Below are positions 1 to 9,211 of a DNA stretch of 48,802 nt, piece by piece. Position 1 is the stretch's first letter. Each line of letters starts with the position of its first letter. Source of the DNA: Eubacteriales bacterium (GTDB lineage: Bacteria > Bacillota > Clostridia > Oscillospirales > CAG-272). The translations under genes were made by a program, and so were the position numbers. Location: positions 1-48,802 of the forward strand of contig JAZQRT010000002.1 of assembly GCA_045629725.1 (NCBI GenBank). Direction: 5' to 3'. The notes beneath the pieces were generated by a model that did no database searches, had not been told where the DNA came from, and saw nothing but the letters and a program-made list of their open reading frames with translations.

Positions 1-1
1 A

Positions 2-1207
2 TCTGTGACGGACGCGATGTGTTTGTTCCCGGTATCATGGAGCTTGTTGAAAGAACCGGGTGAAAAGCTTACCATATGGGATCTTGCCTTTGAAAAAGGC
101 ATTGGAATGCATTGCCGCCAGTATGGAGAGGCGTATATCGAGTTTGATATTTCAGAGCTTGAAATGAATTATTTTTATGCAACCGTTGGGGTACTTAAAG
201 ATGCAAGCTATTATATTGCAGAAGGCAATATTTCATTCAGGGTATACGGCGACGGAAAGCTTCTTGCAACCACTCCTGCAATCGCATGGAATCAGAAGCC
301 GTATTATATTTGTGTTCCCGTAAGTGGTGTGAAAACTCTAAAAATTGTTGAAGATAATGAGGGAACATGGGTATGCGATGCAGGTATATGGGGTGATTGC
401 GCGCTTAGTAAGGAAGAACCTACAGCACCCGAGTGGTGGACAAAGCTTGATCCGAACAATACGGATAGACTTCAAGAGGAAGAGTGGGTTTCGGGTGATT
501 ATGCGTATATAAGTGATTTGTATTTTAGAAAATATACTGATGTAGCAAATTGCCGCGACGTTAATATTGCAGGAGAAAAGATAGTATCCTTTGACGGTAA
601 ATATTTTCCCAAAGGCATCGGGCTACACTCTGATAACGGAGGATACGTCAGATATATTGAGGTAAACATAGAGGGACTTGGTTTTACAAAATTTGCATCC
701 TATTACGGAATAAGCCAGACTGTAACAAGTCACGATATTTCTATGGCAAATATAAAATTTGCCATTTTCGGTGACGGCAAAAAGCTGTTTGAAAGCGGTC
801 CTGTCAAATATGAAACTCCAATGAAGTATATGGAATGTGATATAACGGGAGTGAAAATTTTGCGTCTTGCAATAGCACCAAATCCGAGAATTGACGGAAG
901 CTGGGGTACATGGGGCGGAGCGATCATTTCAAAAAGCGGTAATATAACCGATGACATGATGTATACCGATTATTTTGCGGGACTTGAGGAACCATCCTCA
1001 ACCCCGACACCTACGGAAATTCTGACTGAATTGCCCGAAACCACCGTTCCCGAAAGTGATCCGACGGAAAATGTAACAAAGGTTCCCGAAAGTACACATA
1101 TCACAAAGCCTGAGAATACAACTGTTAAGGTTGCTTTGGCGTCAATTGGTGTGATAGCCCTTGGCGCTGTCGCGTTTTTCGTTATCAAAAAGAGAAAGAG
1201 AGGATAA
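2..1207 (+). CDS. Cell-surface protein, 5'-truncated at the window edge: two NPCBM-like carbohydrate-binding modules, P/T/E-rich stalk, C-terminal TM anchor
   Basis: The frame is open to the window edge. There are two copies of the NPCBM-like pattern (GIGMH...YFYATVGV...ISFRVYGDGKLL and GIGLH...FASYYGI...IKFAIFGDGKKL). The stalk is TPTPTEILTELPETTVPESDPTE. The C-terminus VALASIGVIALGAVAFFVIKKRKRG is a hydrophobic helix plus basic tail. Confidence 0.6.
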   Translation, partial: SVTDAMCLFPVSWSLLKEPGEKLTIWDLAFEKGIGMHCRQYGEAYIEFDISELEMNYFYATVGVLKDASYYIAEGNISFRVYGDGKLLATTPAIAWNQKPYYICVPVSGVKTLKIVEDNEGTWVCDAGIWGDCALSKEEPTAPEWWTKLDPNNTDRLQEEEWVSGDYAYISDLYFRKYTDVANCRDVNIAGEKIVSFDGKYFPKGIGLHSDNGGYVRYIEVNIEGLGFTKFASYYGISQTVTSHDISMANIKFAIFGDGKKLFESGPVKYETPMKYMECDITGVKILRLAIAPNPRIDGSWGTWGGAIISKSGNITDDMMYTDYFAGLEEPSSTPTPTEILTELPETTVPESDPTENVTKVPESTHITKPENTTVKVALASIGVIALGAVAFFVIKKRKRG

Positions 1208-1210
1208 AAA

Positions 1211-3310
1211 GTGATAAGGGTAAAATTAAAAAAACATACAAGCGCAGTATTACTACTTGTAATGTTATTCTCTTGCTTTGTATCCTGCACAGAGGAGGAT
1301 GTTTCAACCTTCCTACCGACTTTATTGGGAACAGAAACATCTTCTATAGCTCCTGAATCTACCGAAAGTGAGGAAAAGTTTGTGGAAAAATATGATGCAC
1401 TTATGTCAAATCTTGATGATTTTCCGTTAGTTTTTAAATATAATGATAAAGAATTTTCGGGCTTCAAGGGCTTTGAGGAAAAGTCTAAAACGACTGTGGA
1501 AACAGAAAACGGAAGCAGTACAACAATAGTATTCCGTCATCCCGAGATCAACGCTTCCTTTGAGCTTATTACTTATGTATATCCCGAGGAATATGCATAT
1601 GAGTATGTTGTATATATTCATAACGATACCGAGGAGAATACGGGAGTGATCTCCGACCTTGGTTTTTCCCTTGAGTATAAAGGGGATGATCCTGTATTAA
1701 AGGGCATAAAGGGTGATGCTAACGGTCAGTATTATACTCCTTATAAGCATGATATGACCAAAAAGCTAAAATATACGGATCGTTCCACAAGCGGCAGACC
1801 TTCTCACGGTACTTTCCCGTATTATAATCTTTCCTATGACGGCGGCGGCACTTTTATTGCAATCGGATGGCCGGGAACATGGAGAGCGGAATTTGTGTTT
1901 GATAAAAATGAAGGGGTAACAACTCTTAGCACTGGTCAGCTTTCTGTCAAATCATATATTGCTCCGGGAGAAACGATGCGTACTCCTCTTATGGGCTTTG
2001 TTGAGTATAAAAACCTTTCCGATGATGAGCAGACAAACGCTTGGCGACATTATTATATCAATGACGTTATGCGTAAAATTGACGGAGAGTTGACACCCAC
2101 CTATGCGGGTATGTCCTACGGAGCTACGGGAATGACCACCTCAAAAACACTTTTGGCAGTTAAATCATATTTACTCAATGGAGTTAAGCCCGAGCTTTTA
2201 TGGATAGATGCGGGATGGTATACCGGCACTAATAACGAAACGGTTTCGTGGCCACTTGTAGGAACACACAACGTCAACCCTGCGCGCTATCCGGATAAAA
2301 TGGCAGATATAGGCAAGTTGACTGAGGAGAATGACATCAGATTCCTTCTTTGGTTTGAGCCTGAGATCGTAAGACTTAATAAAACGGCGTTCCTCAATTA
2401 TCATAAGGATTTCAAGGAAGAATGGCTTCTTAATATAACGGGAATGTCTGATCTTCTTGTAAATCTCGGAGATCCCGAATGCAGAGAGTGGGTACTCAAA
2501 AAAATTTCAAATGTAATAGATACGGCAGGCGTAACGGGATACCGTCAGGACTTCAACACGGACCCCGCCTCGGCTTGGTCGAATAATGACAAAAAGACGC
2601 CTAACCGTACGGGAATGACGGAAAATCTCTATGTTCAAGGCTATCTTGCATTCTGGGATGCAATAATCGAGCGCTATCCGAGTATATATATGGACTCCTG
2701 CGCCTCCGGTGGCGGAAGAAACGATCTTGAATCAATGAAGCGTGCAGTTCCGCTCCATTATTCCGATTATTTTGACGTTGACAGCCAAAGAAATGATTAT
2801 GAAATGAAGAGTAGAATGACACAGGCTCTTTATGCTTGGCTTCCTTATTTCAAAAACGAAATTTACAAGGTTGAAAATACATATCAAACAAGAATGAATC
2901 TCGCACCGCTTTCTCTTTTGAATATTCCCAATTCCCTTGATCCGAATGCACCGTGGGATCTGATACGTCAGGCACACGCCGAGCATGATATTGTGAAAGA
3001 ATATTTCTATTCGGATTATTATGAGTTAACCATTTGGTCCAAGGAAAAAAACAGATGGAACGGTTGGGAGTTCTTTGATCCCGAAACCGATTCGGGTGTT
3101 GCTCTCATGTTCTGTCATGAAACGACCGTTAATCTTACAACAACCGTTAAGCTCAAGGGGCTTGATTCCAATACGACTTACAAGGTCTATGATGTCGATG
3201 GAATTGTAAGTGTTACGGCAAAAGGAAAGGAGCTTATGGAAAAAGGATTTTCCATAACGGTTCCCGAAAAGCCCTACGGCGTTCTTATGAACATTGAAAA
3301 GGTTGGGTAA
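1211..3310 (+). CDS. GH36-family (clan GH-D) alpha-galactosidase / alpha-N-acetylgalactosaminidase-like lipoprotein
   Basis: 699-aa ORF with a GTG start 3 nt after the upstream stop. Lipobox LLLVMLFSC. GH36-type signatures: LWIDAGWY, WFEPE, GYRQDFN, and DSCASGGGRND at 2693-2725. Confidence 0.7.
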   Translation: MIRVKLKKHTSAVLLLVMLFSCFVSCTEEDVSTFLPTLLGTETSSIAPESTESEEKFVEKYDALMSNLDDFPLVFKYNDKEFSGFKGFEEKSKTTVETENGSSTTIVFRHPEINASFELITYVYPEEYAYEYVVYIHNDTEENTGVISDLGFSLEYKGDDPVLKGIKGDANGQYYTPYKHDMTKKLKYTDRSTSGRPSHGTFPYYNLSYDGGGTFIAIGWPGTWRAEFVFDKNEGVTTLSTGQLSVKSYIAPGETMRTPLMGFVEYKNLSDDEQTNAWRHYYINDVMRKIDGELTPTYAGMSYGATGMTTSKTLLAVKSYLLNGVKPELLWIDAGWYTGTNNETVSWPLVGTHNVNPARYPDKMADIGKLTEENDIRFLLWFEPEIVRLNKTAFLNYHKDFKEEWLLNITGMSDLLVNLGDPECREWVLKKISNVIDTAGVTGYRQDFNTDPASAWSNNDKKTPNRTGMTENLYVQGYLAFWDAIIERYPSIYMDSCASGGGRNDLESMKRAVPLHYSDYFDVDSQRNDYEMKSRMTQALYAWLPYFKNEIYKVENTYQTRMNLAPLSLLNIPNSLDPNAPWDLIRQAHAEHDIVKEYFYSDYYELTIWSKEKNRWNGWEFFDPETDSGVALMFCHETTVNLTTTVKLKGLDSNTTYKVYDVDGIVSVTAKGKELMEKGFSITVPEKPYGVLMNIEKVG

Positions 3311-3320
3311 ATAAAATAAG

Positions 3321-3360
3321 GGATGTAAAAAAACTCAGTACGAGTTTTTTTACATCCTTT
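3321..3360. terminator. Bidirectional intrinsic terminator between convergent genes
   Basis: Perfect 16-bp stem ggatgtaaaaaaactc (3321-3336) / gagtttttttacatcc (3342-3357) with a 5-nt loop. A/T runs lie inside and after the stem. Confidence 0.8.
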
Positions 3361-3378
3361 GTAATTATAAGTCAAATT

Positions 3379-3664
3379 TTATTTATATTTTTCAAGGATT
3401 GCTTTGTAATCTGGGTTTTCAAGTAGCTCGGCACGTCTGCCGCCGTTTGGATTTGCAATGGAGCTTACCACCCAATCAAAAAAGTTATTTTCTTTAACGT
3501 TTTTACGTTCGGGAAAATATGCTTGATGTACGGCTTCATCCGTGCTTACCGAATCGGATATCAGCACAGCTGACATTCATAGCAACAGAAAGTTGTTCTT
3601 GTGTAATATTTTTTATTGAGCGCAGTCTTTTTATGTTTGCTCCGATATTCATTTCCATAATCAT
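3379..3664 (-). pseudogene. Frameshifted/decayed XRE-family HTH regulator
   Basis: Frame A runs 3664->3536 (RBS GGAGGT, 42 aa). Its product MIMEMNIGANIKRLRSIKNITQEQLSVAMNVS... is a typical N-terminal half of a Cro/XRE HTH, and it stops early. Reading resumes in another frame as the 65-aa track ORF 3576->3379. The two frames overlap at 3536-3576. Confidence 0.45.
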
Positions 3665-3806
3665 ACCTCCGTAAAATAGTAAGCTGACGTCTGCTTCTGT
3701 CTCAATTATAGCATAAAATACATTCTTGTAAAGGTATTGTTGGTAAAACCGAGATTAACTTACGGTTGAAAAATAATACCTACACTCAAATTTAATACGG
3801 ATGTTT

Positions 3807-4646
3807 TTAAGACATAAACTTTCTTTTATATTGCAAGGGTGTCATATTGAACCTTCTCTTAAAAAGAACAATAAAACGTGAGCAATCGGAAAAACCTGCG
3901 CACATACAGGCATTTGTTACCGAACTGCCCTCGGAGAGGAGCTTTGCGGCGTAGGAAAGCTTTTGAGATTCAAGATATTCATGGGGGGAAGAATTGATAT
4001 GTTTTCTGAAATATCTGTTAAGAGTTGCGGGGCTTATGTAGTGATTTCGGGTTATGTCCGAGATACTGTTCATAGCAGCAAAATTTTTGTTAATGTCGTC
4101 AAGTACGGATTGTAATTCGGTCGGAAGCTTAGTGTGTTTTTTTGCCGCTTGTTGATTGTTTTCCAGTAGAGATAGAACTTCAAGGAGTAATGTAAGTTGT
4201 GAAAGGCACGTTGCATTGTTTTGATATGCGTTATAAAGTGCATTCAGCCGTTCACGAAGGGATAATGCGGTGTTTTCATCAAAGGAGAACAGAGGGCTGA
4301 AATCTTTTTTTGTGAGGAATGAGAATAAAGGGGAAGAAAAATCAGCGTCTATCCAAACACAGAAATAGGAGTGCTTTCGATTTTTGTTGAAGATACAAAC
4401 GTGAAGATCATTTTCCTTGGATATTACAGCCGAACCCGACAGGGAAGTATAAAGATGGTTATTCACAAGAAAGTCAACGTCGCTGTCAATATTAAAGAAT
4501 ATTTCAAGCTGATTGTGTATATGTAATGGATCTTTGTTCGGATCTTTGGGGTCAATAAAAGTATCAACGTAAATTATACCAAATTTTATCCCATTGATAT
4601 CCAATAGATTGGTATTTAGTTGTGGCAAATAATTCGGTTCGTACAT
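3807..4646 (-). CDS. AraC-family transcriptional regulator (cupin-like sensor + dual HTH)
   Basis: C-terminal AraC signature ISPATLNRYFRKHINSSPHEYLESQKL...AGFSDCSRFIVLFKRRFNMTPLQYKRK. RBS GAGGGA upstream of the ATG. Confidence 0.85.
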   Translation of the reverse strand: MYEPNYLPQLNTNLLDINGIKFGIIYVDTFIDPKDPNKDPLHIHNQLEIFFNIDSDVDFLVNNHLYTSLSGSAVISKENDLHVCIFNKNRKHSYFCVWIDADFSSPLFSFLTKKDFSPLFSFDENTALSLRERLNALYNAYQNNATCLSQLTLLLEVLSLLENNQQAAKKHTKLPTELQSVLDDINKNFAAMNSISDITRNHYISPATLNRYFRKHINSSPHEYLESQKLSYAAKLLSEGSSVTNACMCAGFSDCSRFIVLFKRRFNMTPLQYKRKFMS

Positions 4647-4713
4647 AAATCCCTCGTTGATCGAAAATATATAAAAAAATAACTAAACGGCATATCAATA
4701 TAATATTTGATTT

Positions 4714-4742
4714 ATTATAACATTTAGTTCTATGTTTGTCAA
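4714..4742 (-). promoter_or_regulatory. Consensus sigma-A promoter for the AraC gene
   Basis: The minus strand reads TTGACA-17 nt-TATAAT (-35 = 4737-4742, -10 = 4714-4719), about 65 nt upstream of the AraC start. Confidence 0.6.
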
Positions 4743-4808
4743 TACAAAGGGGAATATGCGTAAAACTGTAATTATACTAATAATAAAAGCTCAAAAATTA
4801 TAGTTTCG

Positions 4809-4837
4809 TTGACATTTATTTTATTATATGATACAAT
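4809..4837 (+). promoter_or_regulatory. Consensus sigma-A promoter for the lipase-kinase-murQ operon
   Basis: TTGACA (4809-4814), 17-nt spacer, TACAAT (4832-4837). It is divergent from the AraC promoter. Confidence 0.6.
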
Positions 4838-4912
4838 ATCACCGTTAGTTGAATAATTTGTTGGAATTGTAAAATAAACAAAGCTTTAGATGTAGTTAAA
4901 AGAGGTGGTATT

Positions 4913-5725
4913 ATGGACTTGTGTTTGAAATACCCTGTTCTGTTTGTGCACGGAATGGGATTCCGCGATCACAAGCGTGTCTGTTATTGGGGCAGGATTC
5001 CAAAGATCTTTGAATCGGCAGGATGCAGAGTTTTCTTTGGTAATCAGGACAGTAATGCGGCTATAGAAACCAATGCCGGTCATATTGCAAAACGAATTGA
5101 TGAAATAATAAAGGAAACGGGCGCAGAGAAAATCAATATTATCGCACACTCCAAGGGAGGACTTGATAGCAGATATGCCATTTCTGTTTTTGGAAAAGGA
5201 AATAAAATCGCTTCACTTACAACTATATCAACACCCCATCATGGTTCAAGGACTGTTGACAAGCTTATGAAAATTCCGAAATTCATTATTAAATTCGGTT
5301 GCTTTTTTGCTGATTGCTGGTTCAGACTTCTTGGTGATAAAAAGCCGAATACTTATTCTGCCATCAGATCATTTACAACAGAGGAGGCGAAAAAATTCAA
5401 TTCTGCGGTGCTTGATGTGGAGGGTATCTATTATCAAAGCTATGCTTTTGTTATGAAAAAGCCGAGCAGTGATGTGTTTTTGTGTCTTACCAATGCCTTT
5501 GTTAATGAAATTGAGGGTGAAAACGATGGCTTACTTACGCCAAGCTCTGCAAAGTGGGGGGATTTCAAAGGTGTATATCGAGGAGCTGAAAATCGCGGAA
5601 TATCTCATTGTGACGAGGTGGACATGCGTAGAAAACCTCTTTCAAAGAAAAAGGGCAACGACGTTAGCGATATTTTAGACGTATATAAAAAAATATTGAT
5701 CGATCTGCAAAAATGTGGACTATGA
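4913..5725 (+). CDS. Alpha/beta-hydrolase, lipase/esterase-like, cytoplasmic (no signal peptide)
   Basis: PVLFVHGMGFRD oxyanion-region motif, nucleophile elbow IIAHSKGGLD (A-H-S-x-G), later TPHHGS. RBS AGAGGTGG. Confidence 0.7.
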   Translation: MDLCLKYPVLFVHGMGFRDHKRVCYWGRIPKIFESAGCRVFFGNQDSNAAIETNAGHIAKRIDEIIKETGAEKINIIAHSKGGLDSRYAISVFGKGNKIASLTTISTPHHGSRTVDKLMKIPKFIIKFGCFFADCWFRLLGDKKPNTYSAIRSFTTEEAKKFNSAVLDVEGIYYQSYAFVMKKPSSDVFLCLTNAFVNEIEGENDGLLTPSSAKWGDFKGVYRGAENRGISHCDEVDMRRKPLSKKKGNDVSDILDVYKKILIDLQKCGL

Positions 5726-5757
5726 ATCTTTTAATATCTCAAGATCAGGGAGGATAT

Positions 5758-6657
5758 ATGCAGGAAATAAAATATTATTTGGGCATTGACGGCGGCGGAA
5801 CAAAGACAGATTTTGCATTTGCTGACGCAGAGGGAAATATTTTGTCACGAGTGATCATTGGCGGGTGTAACCCCAATGACGTTGGATTCGATGAGACCTT
5901 CCGCGTACTAACCGAGGGAATATATGCCGTTAAGGGAGCTACACCTTTTGAAAATATAAGCGTTTTTGCAGGACTTGCAGGGTGCTCATCTGCAGATAAT
6001 CTTCCGAGGATCAGAGAATTTCTCGGCACTTTTGGGTTTGGAAAAAGTTCTAACCACAACGATGCATATAATGCTGTTTCTGCAGGGCTTGGCGTCGAAG
6101 ATGGAGTGGCGGTAATTATGGGTACAGGCTCCATAGCTTATGCCAAAAACGGCACAGGGCTTTATCGTATCGGTGGTTACGGATATCTTTTCGGAGATAG
6201 CGGAAGCGGATTTGCCATTGGGCGGGATACGATTCTTGCCGCTTTGCAGTATGAGGACGGAATGGGAGAATATACCGTTCTTCACCCCATGGTAAAATCT
6301 CTTTGCGGGGGTGATACCGTTCTTTCAAAAATTGATATGTTTTATGAAAAGGGTAAAAAAGAAATTGCAAAGTATGCAAGACTTGCCTTTGACGGTTATG
6401 AGTTAAATGATGCGGTCGCTACGGATATCATAAAGGGAAACCTCCGTGTTATATCGGACATGATCAAAACAGGTGGAAATAAGATTGATAAGGACAAAGT
6501 TAATGTTTGCCTTCTCGGAGGTCTGACCGCGAGAGAGGAAATCATTATTCCAATATTACAATTTTATTTGAAAGAAGATAATAAAAAATATAATATATCG
6601 GTCTGCAAGGAGTCGCCCGTTATGGGAGCATTATATCTTGCGGGCATGAAAAAATAA
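5758..6657 (+). CDS. BadF/BadG/BcrA/BcrD-type sugar kinase, probable MurNAc/GlcNAc kinase (MurK-like)
   Basis: N-terminal YYLGIDGGGTKTDFAFAD phosphate-1 motif, then GTGS and GYLFGDSGSG motifs. I place the start at the ATG at 5758 behind GGGAGG rather than the track's 5713. The gene lies immediately upstream of murQ. Confidence 0.7.
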   Translation: MQEIKYYLGIDGGGTKTDFAFADAEGNILSRVIIGGCNPNDVGFDETFRVLTEGIYAVKGATPFENISVFAGLAGCSSADNLPRIREFLGTFGFGKSSNHNDAYNAVSAGLGVEDGVAVIMGTGSIAYAKNGTGLYRIGGYGYLFGDSGSGFAIGRDTILAALQYEDGMGEYTVLHPMVKSLCGGDTVLSKIDMFYEKGKKEIAKYARLAFDGYELNDAVATDIIKGNLRVISDMIKTGGNKIDKDKVNVCLLGGLTAREEIIIPILQFYLKEDNKKYNISVCKESPVMGALYLAGMKK

Positions 6658-6674
6658 AGTAAGAGGTATGAAAA

Positions 6675-7475
6675 ATGCGTAATACAGAAAAAAGAAACCC
6701 GAAAACAACACATATAGATAAAATGTCAACCGCGGAAATGATGAAGGTCATGCAGGAGGAGAACCTCAACGCCGCAAGAGCCGTGGAAACTGAGCTTGAA
6801 AGCATCGGAGCGGCTGTTGATGCAATCAGCGAGAGAATGAAAAAGGGAGGCAGACTTTTTTATACAGGATGCGGAACCTCCGGTAGACTCGGAGTTCTTG
6901 ATGCTTCCGAGTGTCCGCCCACCTACGGCGTTTCTTATGATACAGTTATCGGAATCATGGCAGGCGGTGACGTGGCTTTGAAAAGGGAAGGGGAAGCAGA
7001 CGAGGACAGTTACGAGGCGGGTTGCCGTGATATTTCCGCATATAACCTTACCGAAAATGACTCCGTCATCGGAATATCCGTTGCAGGGGGCGCGGCATTC
7101 GTTATCGGTACACTTGAAACGGCAAAAAAAGCAGGCGCACTTACAATCGCCCTCAGTTGTAATGCAGGATGTGCTATTGAGGATATTGCAGATATATCCA
7201 TCCACCCCGATACGGGTGCAGAGGTAATCACGGGGTCAACGCGAATGAAGGCGGGCACCGCCCATAAAATGATAATCAATATGATCTCCACTGCAGTCAT
7301 GATAAAGCAAGGGCACGTCTACGAAAATCTGATGGTAAATCTTCAGCCGTCAAATATAAAGCTACGCGACCGTATGATAAGAATAACAAGCGATATTACA
7401 GGTCTTGATTATGATGCGAGCGAAAAGCTTCTTGAAGAAAACGGATTCAATATAAAAAGGGCAATAAAAGCGTAG
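6675..7475 (+). CDS. murQ: N-acetylmuramic acid 6-phosphate etherase
   Basis: TEKRNPKTTHIDKMSTAEMMKVMQEEN N-terminus and SIS-domain motif GCGTSGRLGVLDASECPPTYG, later ITGSTRMKAGTAHKM. Confidence 0.85.
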   Translation: MRNTEKRNPKTTHIDKMSTAEMMKVMQEENLNAARAVETELESIGAAVDAISERMKKGGRLFYTGCGTSGRLGVLDASECPPTYGVSYDTVIGIMAGGDVALKREGEADEDSYEAGCRDISAYNLTENDSVIGISVAGGAAFVIGTLETAKKAGALTIALSCNAGCAIEDIADISIHPDTGAEVITGSTRMKAGTAHKMIINMISTAVMIKQGHVYENLMVNLQPSNIKLRDRMIRITSDITGLDYDASEKLLEENGFNIKRAIKA

Positions 7476-7631
7476 AACAGGAACACAAGTAACTTCAGAT
7501 ACATCCAATGGACAGGTAAATATCTCAATTATGTTGGTTAAGGACAGGGTTTATTATTTTAAAATATCCAGTTATGATGGAGAAATTACAAATTATACGT
7601 TTAAAATCTCATAAAACGGAGGTGTATATTA

Positions 7632-8210
7632 ATGAAAAAAAGCATGGCTTTAATATTTATTTTTATAATGTGTATGGGTTTGGTTTCCTGCAATACTCCG
7701 GAAGCCGAAAAAACGCCCTTTGAATTTAGTTATGCTGCTTATTGTCCGGTATATTATGACTCAAAATATATATACATGCCACAAAGTGAATTTGATGTTT
7801 TAACTAATGAACAGCAAAATGCGCTAATTGCAACCAAAAGCACTGAAGTAAGAAGATATTGGTGGTTGGAAAAATATATTTTGGGCGAGATCAATGAAAA
7901 CGAACGTCTTGATCTTGATACGGCAAAAAATATATTGCAAAAATATGACGAATACACTGATACAAGAGTTATACTTCAAGAGTTTGCTAAGATACAGAAA
8001 TATCCGGATGATTGTGGCGGAAGCGGCATTTCATCGGTTCATTATAATATAAAGGAACAACCGCCGTTTAATCCGCGTGACTATACTAATGCGACAACCA
8101 TTACAATATTTAATGGTTTTGTTGTAATACGTTATTATGATGAAAATGGTGAACAAATATCTGCCGAAGGATACAAGTTTTCCAGTGGAGATGCTTCTCC
8201 GATAAACTAA
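7632..8210 (+). CDS. Hypothetical lipoprotein
   Basis: Signal plus lipobox MKKSMALIFIFIMCMGLVSC. RBS GGAGGTG. No recognisable catalytic motif. AT-rich coding sequence. Confidence 0.6.
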   Translation: MKKSMALIFIFIMCMGLVSCNTPEAEKTPFEFSYAAYCPVYYDSKYIYMPQSEFDVLTNEQQNALIATKSTEVRRYWWLEKYILGEINENERLDLDTAKNILQKYDEYTDTRVILQEFAKIQKYPDDCGGSGISSVHYNIKEQPPFNPRDYTNATTITIFNGFVVIRYYDENGEQISAEGYKFSSGDASPIN

Positions 8211-8225
8211 TATTATCAAGATAAC

Positions 8226-8251
8226 CCCAAGTCTTGTTTTCAAGGCTTGGG
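8226..8251 (+). repeat. Hairpin element, copy 1 (core shared with 9217-9250)
   Basis: cccaagtcttg-tttt-caaggcttggg, an 11-bp stem with one G.U pair. The core ccccaagYYttgttttcaaggcttg is nearly identical to the element after the next gene. No T-run follows this copy. Confidence 0.5.
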
Positions 8252-8300
8252 TAGCGGTGGATTTATAAGCAAAGTAAAATAATATAAGGAGGTGCATAAA

Positions 8301-9191
8301 ATGAAAAGAATACTGTTTAAAAGCTTTATATTTACTCTCATCGTTCGTTGTATATTGGTTTTAAGTATACTTTATTTTGAATCGTCTTTAACTGATTTCC
8401 TCACGGAATTTATTGTGCTTCCTTTTGAAGCATGTATTTTTGCAGTGTTGTATTTCGTTGCAAAAGGAAAAACAGATAAATCATGGCATTACATAATCGC
8501 TACTTCCATTTTTAATGCGATTTTTGGCGGTGTTTGTTGGTTCGTTTTGGAACAAATATTGGGAGGCAGTTTAAAACTTACTAATGATGAGTATTTATCT
8601 TTGGAACTGTCAATATCTGCTTTTTTTGCTACGGTTTTAACTATTGATGCGGTGCGTACTGTATACAAATCTTTAGAAAAAAGTCAAAGAAAAATTCCCA
8701 AACAAACAAGCAAATTGTGTCGTTTTTTGAAAAAATCAGTGTTGGAGTGCTTCGTATATGCTTTGATCGTACGCATGGTGCTTATTGGGTTGTTATATGG
8801 GGCAGAGTACATTGATAATTTTGATTTCTCTGTTTATGTGTTATTTCTCCGTGTGTTTATATGCACAATTTTACCCGTGTTATTTACATTTGTATATTTT
8901 GCGTTAAAAGGTAAAAATAATCATCAATGGGCTTACATTTTGGTAATGGTTGTTTCCCAGGTTGTTCTTTTTTTGATTGCTTTGATGGTAACAAATTATG
9001 TGAGCAAAGAATATCCAAGATCATCAATTACATTAATTATCGGTATTTGTGAATATTTAGCGAATTCAATTTTTGCATCTATATTGATGATTGATGTAGT
9101 TCGCACCCGAATCATGTCGTCTAAAAAATATTTAGCCGAAGAATGCAAGTGTCAAAAAGAAGATTCTTCCACGGTCGTTGATACAGAGTAA
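8301..9191 (+). CDS. Polytopic membrane protein with internal tandem duplication, unknown function
   Basis: ATG at 8301 behind AAGGAGG (the track's 8292 GTG overlaps the RBS). The two halves align: LIVRCILVL../LIVRMVLIGL.., VLYFVAKGKTDKSWHYII/FVYFALKGKNNHQWAYIL, TIDAVRTVY/MIDVVRTRI. Confidence 0.65.
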   Translation: MKRILFKSFIFTLIVRCILVLSILYFESSLTDFLTEFIVLPFEACIFAVLYFVAKGKTDKSWHYIIATSIFNAIFGGVCWFVLEQILGGSLKLTNDEYLSLELSISAFFATVLTIDAVRTVYKSLEKSQRKIPKQTSKLCRFLKKSVLECFVYALIVRMVLIGLLYGAEYIDNFDFSVYVLFLRVFICTILPVLFTFVYFALKGKNNHQWAYILVMVVSQVVLFLIALMVTNYVSKEYPRSSITLIIGICEYLANSIFASILMIDVVRTRIMSSKKYLAEECKCQKEDSSTVVDTE

Positions 9192-9211
9192 TTAACTGAA
9201 TACCCCCCAAT

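Noticed and set aside
970-1467. 165-aa minus-strand ORF spanning the junction of the NPCBM gene and the GH36 gene.
   Set aside because: It crosses two well-supported plus-strand genes and has no independent signals.
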